Shown: positions 45,674-57,731, numbered from the stretch's first letter. The stretch is DNA of 64,000 nucleotides from Octopus vulgaris (GCA_951406725.2 OX597832.1:25482001-25546000); one strand, 5' to 3'. Translations and numbers: made by a program. Notes: generated by a model from the letters alone, not told the origin.

Positions 45674-45996
45674 AGGGAGAACAAGAAAGAAACAAAGAAA
45701 CAAAGAAACAAACTAACAAACAAACAAAGTAAGTAAGTAAGTAAGAAAGAAAGAAAGAAAGAGGGTGAGAAAGGTTGGTGTGCGCAAGGGAGCCTCATAC
45801 TATTTATTGAACAAGAGAGAGAGGTGGAAGAGATGACGAGCAGAGATTTGGCCAAAATTGTTGACCCAGTAAAGTAAAGGTTTTATGGTTGAAGGTCGAA
45901 AGCCTCAAGAGTGATCGGTTTCTGTCCGTTGAGAGATTCCTCCAAGTCAAAGGTTTCTACACCAATGAAGAATCCATGTATGTATGCATGTACGTA

Positions 45997-46432
45997 TGGG
46001 GCTAAATGCAACAGTAACACCCCCACCGCCCTGCCCTGTCCCTAGCCACATTCAAATGGCTAATGTCCCTTTTGTTATGGAGCAGTTACTGTCTATATCT
46101 CGTTTAGAGAATTATTATTGCTGTCGAACAGATTTTCGAAATCAGTAAATGTGTTTACGTGAAAATCTATATATAAATATCCTGCACAGAGAGTCGTTCG
46201 TCGAGGGGCGGTGCCTACCATACGTTGATGAGAGGCAAACACCTCGAAACCTGGGTCCGTATGTGGCTTCCGCTTCTTCGGTGGATGATCTCCCTTTGCC
46301 GGATAGAGGACGCCGTAATGGTGTCAAGCCTTTCTGGTGACGTTGATGTTCGCCTGGGGCTAAATGCAACAGTAACACCCCCACCGCCCTGCCCTGTCCC
46401 TAGCCACATTCAAATTGCTAATGTCCCTTTTG

Positions 46433-46436
<4 letters not shown>
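45997..46436 (+). mobile_element. Retrozyme-like element: 358-bp unit with 82-bp terminal direct repeat
   Basis: 45997-46078 is repeated at 46355-46436 (1 mismatch); an internal hammerhead; no credible coding capacity; flanked by microsatellite. Confidence 0.75.
46219..46263 (+). ncRNA. Type I hammerhead ribozyme (U3 variant)
   Basis: CATACG-TTGATGA-GAGG-CAAACA-CCTC-GAAAC-CTGG-GTC-CGTATG: 6-bp stem I, 4-bp stem II, GUC site after 46257. Confidence 0.85.
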
Positions 46437-46480
<44 letters not shown>

Positions 46481-46487
46481 ATATATC

Positions 46488-46605
46488 CACGTGACCACGT
46501 GACCGACCAGACCATCAGATGTTGTTACACATCGCTGGTCAGAATGCGTTCGCATTGTTTTAGCCTTCGAATGACGCCACCCCGCTGGCTAAGCGAGCGA
46601 GGCCA

Positions 46606-46607
<2 letters not shown>
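46488..46607 (-). mobile_element. SINE group C tail variant 3 (3' fragment)
   Basis: Reverse complement ends CATCTGATGGTCTGGTCGGTCACGTGGTCACGTG, like 39855-39886. Confidence 0.7.
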
Positions 46608-46691
<84 letters not shown>

Positions 46692-46741
46692 ATATGTATA
46701 TATATATATGTGTGTGTATGTATGTATACACACACACACAC

Positions 46742-47249
46742 AAGGCCTACATCAAGTGCCTGGGGGAGGTAGTGCTGCCCTGGATCAAGAGGGTGGCTGC
46801 TGGAAGACCCTATGATGGCAACAGGACTCTGCATCATGCCACACAAGCAAGAGAATCCAGTCATGGCTGTCACACAATTTCTGGGACCACATCAACCCTA
46901 ACATCTGGCTACCAAACTCCCCAGACTGCAACCCCCTTGGTTAATATGTGGGGGGCGCAGTTGAGCAAGAGACCAACAAAATTCCTTGTAACACCAAAGA
47001 TAAACTGAAGGCAAGGATTCTGGCAGCATTCACCAACTTAAACAAGGAGACCATCCAGAAGAGTTGCAGAAGATTCCAAAGTCATCTGAAGGCAGTGATT
47101 GAAGCCAATGGTGATTTTATTGAATAAATTTGCTCTTTAGTATTTCAAGATATTTTTATGTAACTTTGGCAAAATTTTGGTTAAAATGAGACGTCAGTGT
47201 TATTTTCATTTTTGCGTAATTTAGATGACAATTTATTCACCGCACTCTG
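46742..47249 (+). mobile_element. Tc1/mariner maT-like (DD37D) transposon 3' part with right TIR
   Basis: [22 protein letters not shown], then QQDSA.CHTSK...WL..NF...NSPDCNPL(G). There are 37 residues between the second D and a GGT codon one change from GAT. Ends ...AVIEANGDFIE*; terminus CACCGCACTCTG-TA. Confidence 0.85.
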
Positions 47250-47254
47250 TATAT

Positions 47255-47411
47255 ATACGAAGAGCTTCTTCCAGTTCCCTTCTACCAAATCCATTCAGGA
47301 AGCTTTGGTTGGCCCGAAGCTATAGTAGAAGAAACTTGTCCACGGTTCCACGCAGTGGGACTGAACCCGGAACCACATGGTTGGGAAGCAAGTTTCTTAC
47401 CACACAGCCGC
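47255..47411 (-). mobile_element. SINE group B 5' half
   Basis: Matches 57135-57299. Confidence 0.8.
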
Positions 47412-48129
47412 GTATACTTTATATAGCTAGCTAGCTAAATAGATAGATAGGTACGTACATACTTATATACATATACATATATATGCATGTACATATATGT
47501 ACGTGTGTGCGTGTGCGTGTGTCTGTGTGTGTGTCTCTGTGTGTGTATGTGTGTGTGTGTGTGTATACACGTATGTACACTTATAATGTAACCTCTTTAT
47601 GTAGTATAGCTGTTTTTGCAAATAAATTCAGGAAAGGCAACACATCAAAATATCACGAATATATGTATTAAACATCAGCCATTTATTTCGTTTGGGGTGA
47701 GCGGGTGGGAGGAGAGCAACAACAAAAACAACAACAACAATAGCAACAACAACAAAAACAAACCTCACGGACGCGAGCAATCGCTAAAAAAAGAAGAGGT
47801 GGAAAATAAACAGCCAAATAAAACAGCCAAACAAATAAAGCCCTTCTTTACGCGTTTAAATGACAGCGGATAACCCTTTTATTGTGATATTGGTAAACAA
47901 TAAATACAGAATACAACAATCAAGAATATCGATGAAAAATAGCAACAACAAGAGCAGCAGCAGCCGCGGCAGCAGCAGCAGTAAGAGCAAAGACGATGAA
48001 AATAGACTTTCTGATCAACGTCATCTTTCTTCGTCATTATCAGCGTTATAATAGACGTGATGAAAAATCAGCCATAACGGTCGTTAAGCTATGCAATATA
48101 TATATGTGTGTGTGTGTGTATGTATGCAA

Positions 48130-48180
<51 letters not shown>

Positions 48181-48415
48181 GTTGGGTGAGGTTGTAGGGG
48201 GTTTTTTTTTGGTGTTTTTAGCTTCTTTTTATTCTGATTTTTCTTCGCCACACCTGTTCTGGTCACACAGCAGCCATATATGTACGTGGAAACTTTGTAC
48301 ATATATGTGTGTGTGTGTGTATGTGTGTGTGCATGTGTGTGGGTGTGTGTGCGTGTATGTATGCATGTACCTTATATATATGTGTGTGTGTAATATATAT
48401 ATATATGTGTGAGTG

Positions 48416-48447
<32 letters not shown>

Positions 48448-48793
48448 TATATTTCTTGAAATATATATTCAAGATAGAGAACGAGAGAAAAAGAGAGACA
48501 GACAGACAGACAATTGGATAGATAGGTAGATTGAAGAAAACAAAGAAAGATGATACATATAGATACATATATACAGGTACATAACTATCTACATGCATAT
48601 ATATATATATACATACACACACACATATATACATATCCATATACATACATACATATATATATATATATATGTATGTATGTATATGGATATGTATATATAT
48701 GTGTGTGTATGTATATATATATATATACACCCATACACACTTGTCAACAAGCGCTCCTGTGTGTATATATACTTACAGGGAGAAGGATACATA

Positions 48794-48827
<34 letters not shown>

Positions 48828-49378
48828 CATACATACATACATACATACATACATACATACACACACATACATACATACATACATACATACATACACACAC
48901 ACACATACATACATACATATATACATACATACACACATACATACATACATACATACATACATACATACACACACACACATACATACGTACATGCATACAT
49001 ACATACATACATACATACATACATACATACATACATACATACATACATACATACATACAGACTCAAATAGGCATACGGATGCACATACATAGCAGCATTA
49101 ATAATAAATCTGTTATGAAGAGAGATGCATCTCCATAAATACAGATCAACACATTTAAATAGATACATATATGGAAGCACAGACGGACATATTTTGTTTT
49201 TGGGTCCCGTTTTTGCTTTGTTTTGTATTGTTTTTTTGTCGTTTATTATGTCTGTTGCACAATATTTTCTTATGCAATTTGTCCCTGAATTATACACACA
49301 CACACACACACACACATATGTACATGTACGTACCCTGCACGTACATCACACACACGTGTATGTATGTATATGCATATA

Positions 49379-49430
<52 letters not shown>

Positions 49431-49564
49431 TATATAATCATAAATATATGTATATATATTTATATATATATATATATATCGATTCATACATACATTATAT
49501 AAATATATATATATATATGCATATACATAGGTATAAATACACATATATATCTATATGTATATAC

Positions 49565-49644
<80 letters not shown>

Positions 49645-50079
49645 ATATATATTTATATAAACATATGTCGTCTGCACGTATGCATTGTAACCATTTTTTG
49701 TACCACAATGTGTGTGAATATGTTAGCTGTGTAAATTGTGTCGACAGACTATCTTAAATGTTATTTAGAATGCTAATGGAAAATTCTAGAATTATCGCTG
49801 GATGAAATATGTTATGTCGAAGGGTCAGACACACAGACAGGCTGACCGACGGACAGGTCGACGGATTCAAAATAAAGCGGCAAAATGTGTGTGTGAATGG
49901 CAAGTGTCACCGTGAGAAGGGGGGAGGGAGAGAAAGGTAGAGGAGGTCGAAACAGAGGAGAAGCTGAAAAATAAAGTGAAAAGAAGGGAGGAAAGAGGGA
50001 AAGAGTTATAAATTTAAGAAGGGGTAACAGAATGAGCGATAAAGGGAGGAAACGAACTGATTCATATTTGGTCCCTGGT

Positions 50080-50290
50080 CTTTTATTTATTTCAGTCATT
50101 GGAATGCGGCCATGCTGGAGTACCTCCTTGAAGGGTTTTAGTTGAACGAATAGACCCTCCAGTACTTGTGGTTTTTTTGTTTGTTTGTTTCTCTTTTTTT
50201 CCCTTTTTCATTAACATCGGTCTCTTTCGACATTTCGCTAATGTTACGGGACGTAAGCAAACCAACGCCGATTCTCAAGCACTGTTTGTG
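50080..50290 (-). mobile_element. SINE group B 3' half (diverged)
   Basis: TTTCAGTCATTGGAATGCGGCCATGCTGGAG...ATCGGTCTCTTT... Confidence 0.7.
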
Positions 50291-50338
50291 GAACAAATAC
50301 AAACACAAAGGCATTCAAACATACACACAAACCTCCCT

Positions 50339-50388
<50 letters not shown>

Positions 50389-50389
50389 C

Positions 50390-50422
<33 letters not shown>

Positions 50423-50459
50423 CGCCATAATGGGCCGCTGAAATATACAAGCTTTCTTC

Positions 50460-50600
50460 ACTCTCTGTTTATTTCCTTATATTCCTTTCTGCTGAAGAGC
50501 GTAAGCTCGAAACATAAAAGTCTTCCTCACCTTCCCGAGCATCAAACTATTACACCTGCTTGTTGTTCATACACCTGTCTTCGTCTTTTGTTTTTCAATA
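50460..50600 (+). mobile_element. Penelope pLTR-like repeat with variant hammerhead (50485-50520)
   Basis: CTTT-CTGCTGA-A-GAGC-GTAA-GCTC-GAAAC-ATA-AAAG; same family as 27020. Confidence 0.6.
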
Positions 50601-50947
50601 AATTTCAACAATATATATCCAATAATATGAAAGACAAAATCGATCTCGGTGGAATTTTTTGATCAGTAAGTGTTTTTCCCTATTTGATTCGATCTAGAAA
50701 TCAAAGGAAATCACTACTTTTTCCCTTCAAATTTTGCTTTTGTGATGTGTAACATCAATGTTTTGTAACTGACCTATTTCCCATTACATTTCTGGCAGAT
50801 TCAGCGCTGAGTTGCTGAAGCATAAATATCGTTATAGCAAATATTCTGCTTGTCATTTGCTTGACCTTAACCACTTGAACATGTCCCTTAGTAGCTGACA
50901 GTATGAATGTCTCTAATCCTGATCAGGAGTATTGGAGGAGCAATACA

Positions 50948-51040
<93 letters not shown>

Positions 51041-51194
51041 TCAGACAAACAGACAGACAGGTAGACACACACAGAGACAGACAGACAGACAGACAGACAG
51101 ATAGACAGATAGACAGACAGATAGATAGACAGACAGATAGACAGATAGACAGACATATAGATAGACAGACAGACAGACAGACATACAGACAGAC

Positions 51195-51277
<83 letters not shown>

Positions 51278-51307
51278 TAGATGATAGATAGATAGATAGA
51301 TATATAG

Positions 51308-51338
<31 letters not shown>

Positions 51339-52200
51339 GATAGATATGTGTACGTGTCTGCGTATGTTTGTGTGTGTATATGTGTAACGTGTAGTTATAC
51401 GTGTGCGCGTGTGTGCGTATATTTGCGAGTAATTTGATGTATGTGTGTGTATGTGTGTATGTTATACTGGATTAACATATACATCTGTTAGCATACTCAC
51501 ACGGTGGTAGACACAGACAGACACACTGCCACACACGCGCGCGGTCGCACGCACAGACAATCAAACAAATAACCCTACTGACAGACACGTAAAAAATTTA
51601 TTCACGCATTCACATACAGGTTTGCGTATGTATATATATACGTGTCTCTGTCACCATGTGCAGACATTTGTGTGTACGCTTCCGTATGCTTCTCTCCGTA
51701 CGTACGACACCTAGTATTCCAAATGATTAACTGCCTAACCAGGTCCATATCCTAAGCTATCGATCCTGTTCGTTGAACACCGGAAAGACTTCCTATAAAG
51801 ATGAGTTCATTACAGGAAGTCAAGCAACGCCTGATGTATTATCTCATCACCAGAGGCCGCCACTGTCAAAGTTGTTCAACTTCCTCTTTTCTTGGTTGGA
51901 CATGTTACGCGTTATTCGGCCATGTAATTGCCATTGTAGGCTTCTATTTACAACGGATTATTCCATTATCCAACCGCACGTGCTATACATATACGACTGT
52001 ATGAGGAAAAAAAGGTGTAGGGATTAACGATACAACATGATGAAAATATACATACATATATACATAAGTGTTTGTGTATGTGTCTGAGTACGTATGTATA
52101 TACATGAAAGCATGTGTGAAGGTATTTGTAAGTTTGCGGTTTCGATTCTTAGCCAGTATGAGGGTAAACGCGTAGGGATTAACGATACAACATGATGGAA

Positions 52201-52233
<33 letters not shown>

Positions 52234-52434
52234 AGTGTTTGTGTGTGTGTGTGAGTATGTATATATTTATGTACATGAACGCATGCGTGTGTATGTGTAT
52301 GTGTTAAGGTATGAGGTTTTGTAAGATTGTGGTTTCGATTTCTTAGACTGTATGAGGATAAATGTATAGTGATTATCGATACATGATGAAAATATAAAAT
52401 ATACATACATATATATAGGTGTATGTGCGTGTGT

Positions 52435-52478
<44 letters not shown>

Positions 52479-52493
52479 TTATATACATACATA

Positions 52494-52727
52494 AGGCGGC
52501 GAGCGGGCAGAAACGTTAGCACGCCGGGAGAAATGCGTAGCCGTATTTCGTCTTGCCGTTACGTTCTGAGTTCAAATTCCGCCGAAGTCGACTTTGCCTT
52601 CCATCCTTTCGGGGTCGATTAAATAAGTACCAGTTACGCACTAGGGTCGATGTAATCGACTTAATCCGTTTGTCTGTCCTTGTTTGTCCTCTCTGTAATT
52701 ACCCCTTTGTGGGTAATAAAGAAATAG
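52494..52727 (+). mobile_element. SINE group A, full length
   Basis: AGGCGGCGAGCGGGCAGAAACG head, GAGTTCAAATTCC B box, CTTTGCCTTCCATCCTTTCGGGGTCGA central domain; GTATGTATTTATATACA on both sides (possible TSD). Confidence 0.9.
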
Positions 52728-53019
52728 GTATGTATTTATATACACGAATGCATGCGTGTGTATTTGTATGTGTGAAGGTATGTGGCTTTGTAAGATTGTG
52801 GTTTCGCTTCTTAGACTGTATGAGAAAAACTGTGTAGTGATTATCGATACAACATGATGAAAATATACATACATATATACGAACTTTCTACCCTCGTACA
52901 CTTCAGCTGCACCTCTCCTGCCCATGGATTATACTGGACTCCTCTATTGATGAAAAATCGCTCCAACGCACCACGACGTCTGAACCTTTTGAAGTTTTCG
53001 TCATTCTTTATTGTCTCTG

Positions 53020-53150
53020 CTTGTTTCTTTCTGTGGAAGAGCGTAGGCATGAAACGTTAAAGACTTTTTCACTTCTCGAGTGTTATACAAATACATCTGT
53101 TTGTTGTCTACACCACCTGTCTTCGTCTTTTGTTTTTTGGTGAATTCTCC
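53020..53150 (+). mobile_element. Penelope pLTR-like repeat with variant hammerhead (53027-53062)
   Basis: CTTT-CTGTGGA-A-GAGC-GTAG-GCAT-GAAAC-GTT-AAAG; near-identical to 27035-27160. Confidence 0.6.
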
Positions 53151-53221
53151 CTCCACACACACACACACACACACACACATACATGAATGCATGCTTGTGT
53201 ATTTGTATGTATACGTATGTA

Positions 53222-53460
53222 TGTGTGAAGGTGTGTGGCTTTGTAAGGTTGCGGTTTCGATTTTTAGACAGAGCAATGCGTTATGTTTTTCTGAGGAACA
53301 CGCTTCATCTAAGGCTGCATCAGTCCACTCAACTGGCAAAAATGAGCAACCCTACAACAGACCGGCGTCCCAATCAGCGGCAGGGGTGGAGGTTGGGGAG
53401 CATGTACTTCTCAGAATTCGAGAAACCGCCTTATCACCCTATGGCCCGCGAAGAATATTT
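53222..53460 (+). mobile_element. Old SINE group C copy (57788-type)
   Basis: CAGTCCACTCAACTGGCAAAAATGAG...CGGCGTCCC matches 57905-57965. Confidence 0.65.
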
Positions 53461-53557
53461 CTGTTATTACCGTGAATGACGTCAGGTAGCTATGGACAGT
53501 GAACGTACTTTATCTGCGTACTACTAGTACCATACCCAATATTTAAATACATGTGTG

Positions 53558-53596
<39 letters not shown>

Positions 53597-53599
53597 ATA

Positions 53600-53720
<121 letters not shown>

Positions 53721-53829
53721 ACATGAATGCATGCGTGTGTATTTGCATGTGTACGTATGTATACGTATATATATGTATATATGTATATGTATATATATAA
53801 GTATATATATATGTATATATATATGTATA

Positions 53830-53909
<80 letters not shown>

Positions 53910-53939
53910 CATATACATATACATATATACAAATATATA

Positions 53940-54730
53940 GGCATCAGGATGTCCTTTGGTTTAACCCAATTTTCGGATCGACGTTTCAATCAAGATTGCT
54001 GAAAAATTTTTTGCCACTTTGGACAAGTGTTTTCCTAAATCTAATAGTTATCATGTTATTCTTAATAGGCACAACGTGAAGTTATCCTACGCTAACTCTG
54101 CTAATTTAGACCAGATTGTGCACCGCACAAACATCAATAAAATGTGACATCAGTTTAATAACCCACCTACTGGATCAAGTAAGCAAACGCATCAAAATAC
54201 CAACAAAGGAGATGTAAATCGTAATGAAAGGCCCCATATACGGCTAAATTGTGATAAACACGGTAACAACATCGTAAAATGAAGTCAGAACTGCCGTGTA
54301 TACAAATAAATATGATAAATGTACATGTAGAGAAAAATTAAAACGCCCGTTGATGAACCTCTGTATGAGTACAAATCTTGTGTATAAATGTACCATGCAC
54401 GCAAGGGGAGGGCCGCATGTTTACATTGGGCAGACGGCTGACTCATTTTAGAATCGTTATCGCAACCATGTCGCCAGCTTCAAGAGAATCAATAAGAGAC
54501 CCTCAACATCTTTGAGCGATTTTGTATGATGACTGAAGGAAGATAAAATTAAGTATAGCTTGGTCCATAGTAAGGCACGCAAAACCATACAATATAATTT
54601 CCAGGAGATGCCGACTCTGCTCCGAGGAATCCCTATCTATTCTGTGAACCAATGAAAAGATCATTAATAGAATTACTGAAAGACTCTCAAGATGCCTACA
54701 TGAATATAAATGTATTTTCGCACAAAGCAG
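53940..54730 (+). pseudogene. Penelope-like element ORF 3' part (RT-EN linker plus GIY-YIG endonuclease), disrupted
   Basis: VLWFNP.F...LDKCFPK...[10 protein letters not shown], then CTCREK...LCMSTNLVYKC...VYIGQTADSF*NRYRNHVASF...WSIVRHAKPY...CRLCSEE...RCLH. Confidence 0.9.
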
Positions 54731-55275
54731 TGGCAAAGAATTTGTGTAACTGTTAACATAATTTACTTTAAGGTATGGATGGATCAATTTTAGCTTTAAC
54801 CTCCCCATTCTTATAAACACCAAGTAGCTATTTAACTCGTTTTGTGTGCGCATCAAACCACACGCGTGCGTATGCTTACATTTTCGCTGATGCTTGTAGA
54901 AGCGCCATGCAGTTGCGCGAGAGCGCTTATATATCAATATCTGTTAACGGTTATCTTTAATAATACATTTCTCGCTGTATTGCGTGTTCGTTTCTTTTTT
55001 TGCATCTGTGATTTTATTCTTGATTTTCTATACAAATGAAGATATATCCTTCGTTTTGCTGCTTTTCTTTCTACGAAATGAGAAGATACAATGCGGAACT
55101 GTTATTTTAACAAGTTGTGTCTATTTATCACCCGATAAGACTCATCTGCACTGCAGGATGCACCTGAAATAGTTGTTAAAAATCCCACCCGTGAAGGATC
55201 GATGCTAGATGTGTCTCGAAACAATTTTGATTAATAAAAATTTTCGTGTATTCCACTTTCCGTCTTTCATTTACC

Positions 55276-55325
<50 letters not shown>

Positions 55326-55337
55326 ATATATTATCGT

Positions 55338-55650
55338 GTTAGAAAACAAAAATCTAATGGATGCATATCAATTTATTAATTAATCAACATACTCATCTAC
55401 AGTTGTTTTATTTCACAAACAAAATTAAAATTATAAAACGTATAAATATATAATTTTGAGTTTTAAATACCTTGTATGGAAAATCACCCTGATGAGTTTC
55501 CATTCAAGGTAATTAAAGCGCAAAATTATATAATATATATTTATACGTTTTGTAATTTTAATTTTGTTTGTGAAATTAAACAACTGTAGATGAATATTTT
55601 GATTAAGTAATAAATTAATATACATCCATTAGATTTCTCTGGATTCTAAC
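55338..55650. repeat. Long AT-rich palindrome (~145-bp arms, 14-nt loop)
   Basis: AATCTAATGGATG...CATCTACAGTTGTTT...CACAAACAAAATTAAAATTA...CCTTG.ATGGAAA / TTTCCAT.CAAGG...TAATTTTAATTTTGTTTGTG...AAACAACTGTAGATG...CATCCATTAGATT. Confidence 0.92.
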
Positions 55651-55711
55651 CCTATAATAATGTTTGTTATTTTAAATTAGCCATGCGGCGTTGAATGAAC
55701 TCTTTGGTTTT

Positions 55712-55885
55712 ATTTACATTATTTACAATTCACGGATATTTGTCCTCATCTTGTTTGTTGCTAGCACAACGTTTCGGCTGATATACCCTCCAGGCTTCAT
55801 CAGGTGTCTTGGGGAAATTCCGAACCTGGGTTCTCATTCCTAAGGCGTTTTTCGATGTTATAATAATAATAACAATAACAATAAC

Positions 55886-55930
<45 letters not shown>

Positions 55931-56158
55931 TATTATTATTATTATTATTATTATTCATGTAACTGCTTGGAATCGACCTCGGAATCTTGGGGTTAGTAGC
56001 CTGCGCTCTTAATCACTACGCTACATGCCCGTGATGAAGACTGGAGGGTATATCAGCCGAAACACTGTGTTAACAACAAACAAGATGATGACAAACATCC
56101 GTCAAATGTAAATAAATTAAATAATGTAAATAATTCCTCATCTCTTAAATATAGAACA
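55712..56158 (-). mobile_element. Non-autonomous Penelope-associated element: tRNA-like head, (AAT)n/(ATT)n, inverted hammerhead-bearing ends, TSD
   Basis: Inverted ~95-bp repeats at 55712-55801 and 56032-56133; flanking CTTTGGTTTT at 55702-55711 and 56159-56168; tRNA-like A/B boxes at 55957-56032 (-). Confidence 0.75.
55764..55807 (-). ncRNA. Minimal type I hammerhead motif
   Basis: Minus strand CAC-CTGATGA-A-GCCTG-GAGGGTATAT-CAGCC-GAAAC-GTT-GTG. Confidence 0.75.
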
Positions 56159-56184
56159 CTTTGGTTTTGCTTGAGTTCCCTGTT

Positions 56185-56267
56185 CATCCTGATGAGGGGT
56201 TCATTGCCAAAATGTATTTTAACTGTAATCGAACCGCGGCAATGAACTCCCGAAATGGCCATAGGTG
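56185..56267 (+). ncRNA. Type I hammerhead ribozyme, intact core
   Basis: CATC-CTGATGA-GGGGTTCATTGCC-(29-nt loop)-GGCAATGAACTCCC-GAAA-T-GGCC-ATA-GGTG; predicted cleavage after 56263. Confidence 0.88.
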
Positions 56268-56765
56268 TGTTTGATTCGACTTCGTGGAACTCTTTTTGCT
56301 CCTGGACTCTTACCTACCAGGTCTTTACGAATTGAACTTCCTGGATGTACTCTTTTGTGCGAGGGGAGTAAAAAATAATTTTTTGTCGATTGATATTTTA
56401 TTTTATTTAGATTTTTAGTAGCGTGACTCGCTTTAGAAGTTTCAGCCGATTGTATTTATCTTCTTGATAAGCCATTCTATAAATCTGTATTTTTATTCGC
56501 ATATATATATATTTTAACTTCTGTAATTTTTGTATATGTATATAGTTTATGTTTAAAAACATATTTCTACGTGATCAAATGTTTGGAGGTATGGTGTTAA
56601 GCAGTCGACACGAATTTGATGTTCGTTCTATGATCACTGTTTCTTTACACACACACACACACACACACACGTAGATACTATTTCGACCTAGTAAGGTGCC
56701 TCAGTTTAAGTTACTAATTCAACTGAATTTTAATTATATGTGTGTACATATATATATATATGTGT

Positions 56766-56817
<52 letters not shown>

Positions 56818-56851
56818 ATGAATGCATATATATATATATATATATATATAT

Positions 56852-57047
56852 ACTCTTTACTCTTTTACTCTTTTACTAGTTTCAGTCATTTGACTGCGGC
56901 CATGCTGGAGCACCGCCTTTAATCGAGCAACTCGACCCCGGGACTTATTCTTTGTAAGCCCAGTACTTATTCTATCGGTCTCTTTTGCCGAACCGCTAAG
57001 TGACGGGGACATAAACACATGCTAGGGGGACAAACACACACACACAA

Positions 57048-57128
<81 letters not shown>

Positions 57129-57296
57129 TATATGCGACGGGCGTCTTTCAGTTTCCGTCTACCAAATCCACTCACAAGGCATTGGTCGGCTCGGGGGCTA
57201 TAGTAGAAGACACTTGCCCAAGGTGCCACGCAGTGGGACTGAACCCGGAACCATGTGGTTGATTAGCAAGCTACTTACCACACAGCCACACCTGCG

Positions 57297-57299
<3 letters not shown>
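56852..57299 (-). mobile_element. SINE group B, full length (tRNA head, CORE-like segment, internal (TA)n/(TG)n, LINE-like tail)
   Basis: AGGCGCAGGTGTGGCTGTGTGG...GGGTTCAGTCCC, GCACCTTGGGCAAGTGTCTT, tail GGCGGTGCTCCAGCATGGCCGCAGTC...(GTAAAAGA)n. Confidence 0.92.
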
Positions 57300-57347
<48 letters not shown>

Positions 57348-57469
57348 GTGCATGTGTGTCTGTTTGTGTGTGCGTGTGTACTGCTGTAGATACGTGTATC
57401 TATTTATAAGTGTTATTGTCTCCCGAGAGGAATCCGACAAAATGTTAGTAGTAGAGTATTTGTGTACAG

Positions 57470-57506
<37 letters not shown>

Positions 57507-57731
57507 GTGTTCATGTAGGGACTTGTCTGAAATATCTCCCGGAATGACGCGACAGGAATTTACATCCGGGTATCTGTCATGTAATTAATTGTCCAATGTG
57601 CATACACACGACACACACGCACACACACACACACCACACACACACACACACATACACACATGCACACACACAAAAAATAACCCATACACCCACACAAAGA
57701 GACACACATACACAAACAGATACACACACAG

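Larger units (their letters stand above)
52015..53275 (+). repeat. Degenerate tandem array of ~150-200-bp units built from a SINE-head fragment plus microsatellite
   Basis: GTAG(G/T)GATTA.CGATAC(A)ACATGATG.AAATATA recurs at ~52017, 52172, 52367 and 52835. GTAAG.TTG.GGTTTCG.TT..TTAG recurs at ~52127, 52321, 52790 and 53243. Confidence 0.75.

Noticed and set aside
51770-52010. Possible RTE LINE C-terminal remnant on the minus strand
   Set aside because: Only a short RKLNNFD-like stretch; not enough to support a call.
52015-52880. Repeat-spacer pattern resembling a CRISPR array
   Set aside because: Eukaryotic context, degenerate repeats, microsatellite spacers and no cas genes.
55126-55230. 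Two faint tandem hammerhead-like relics downstream of the Penelope ORF
   Set aside because: Position is plausible, but the cores (CCGATAA; GTGAAGG) and stems are too decayed to call.
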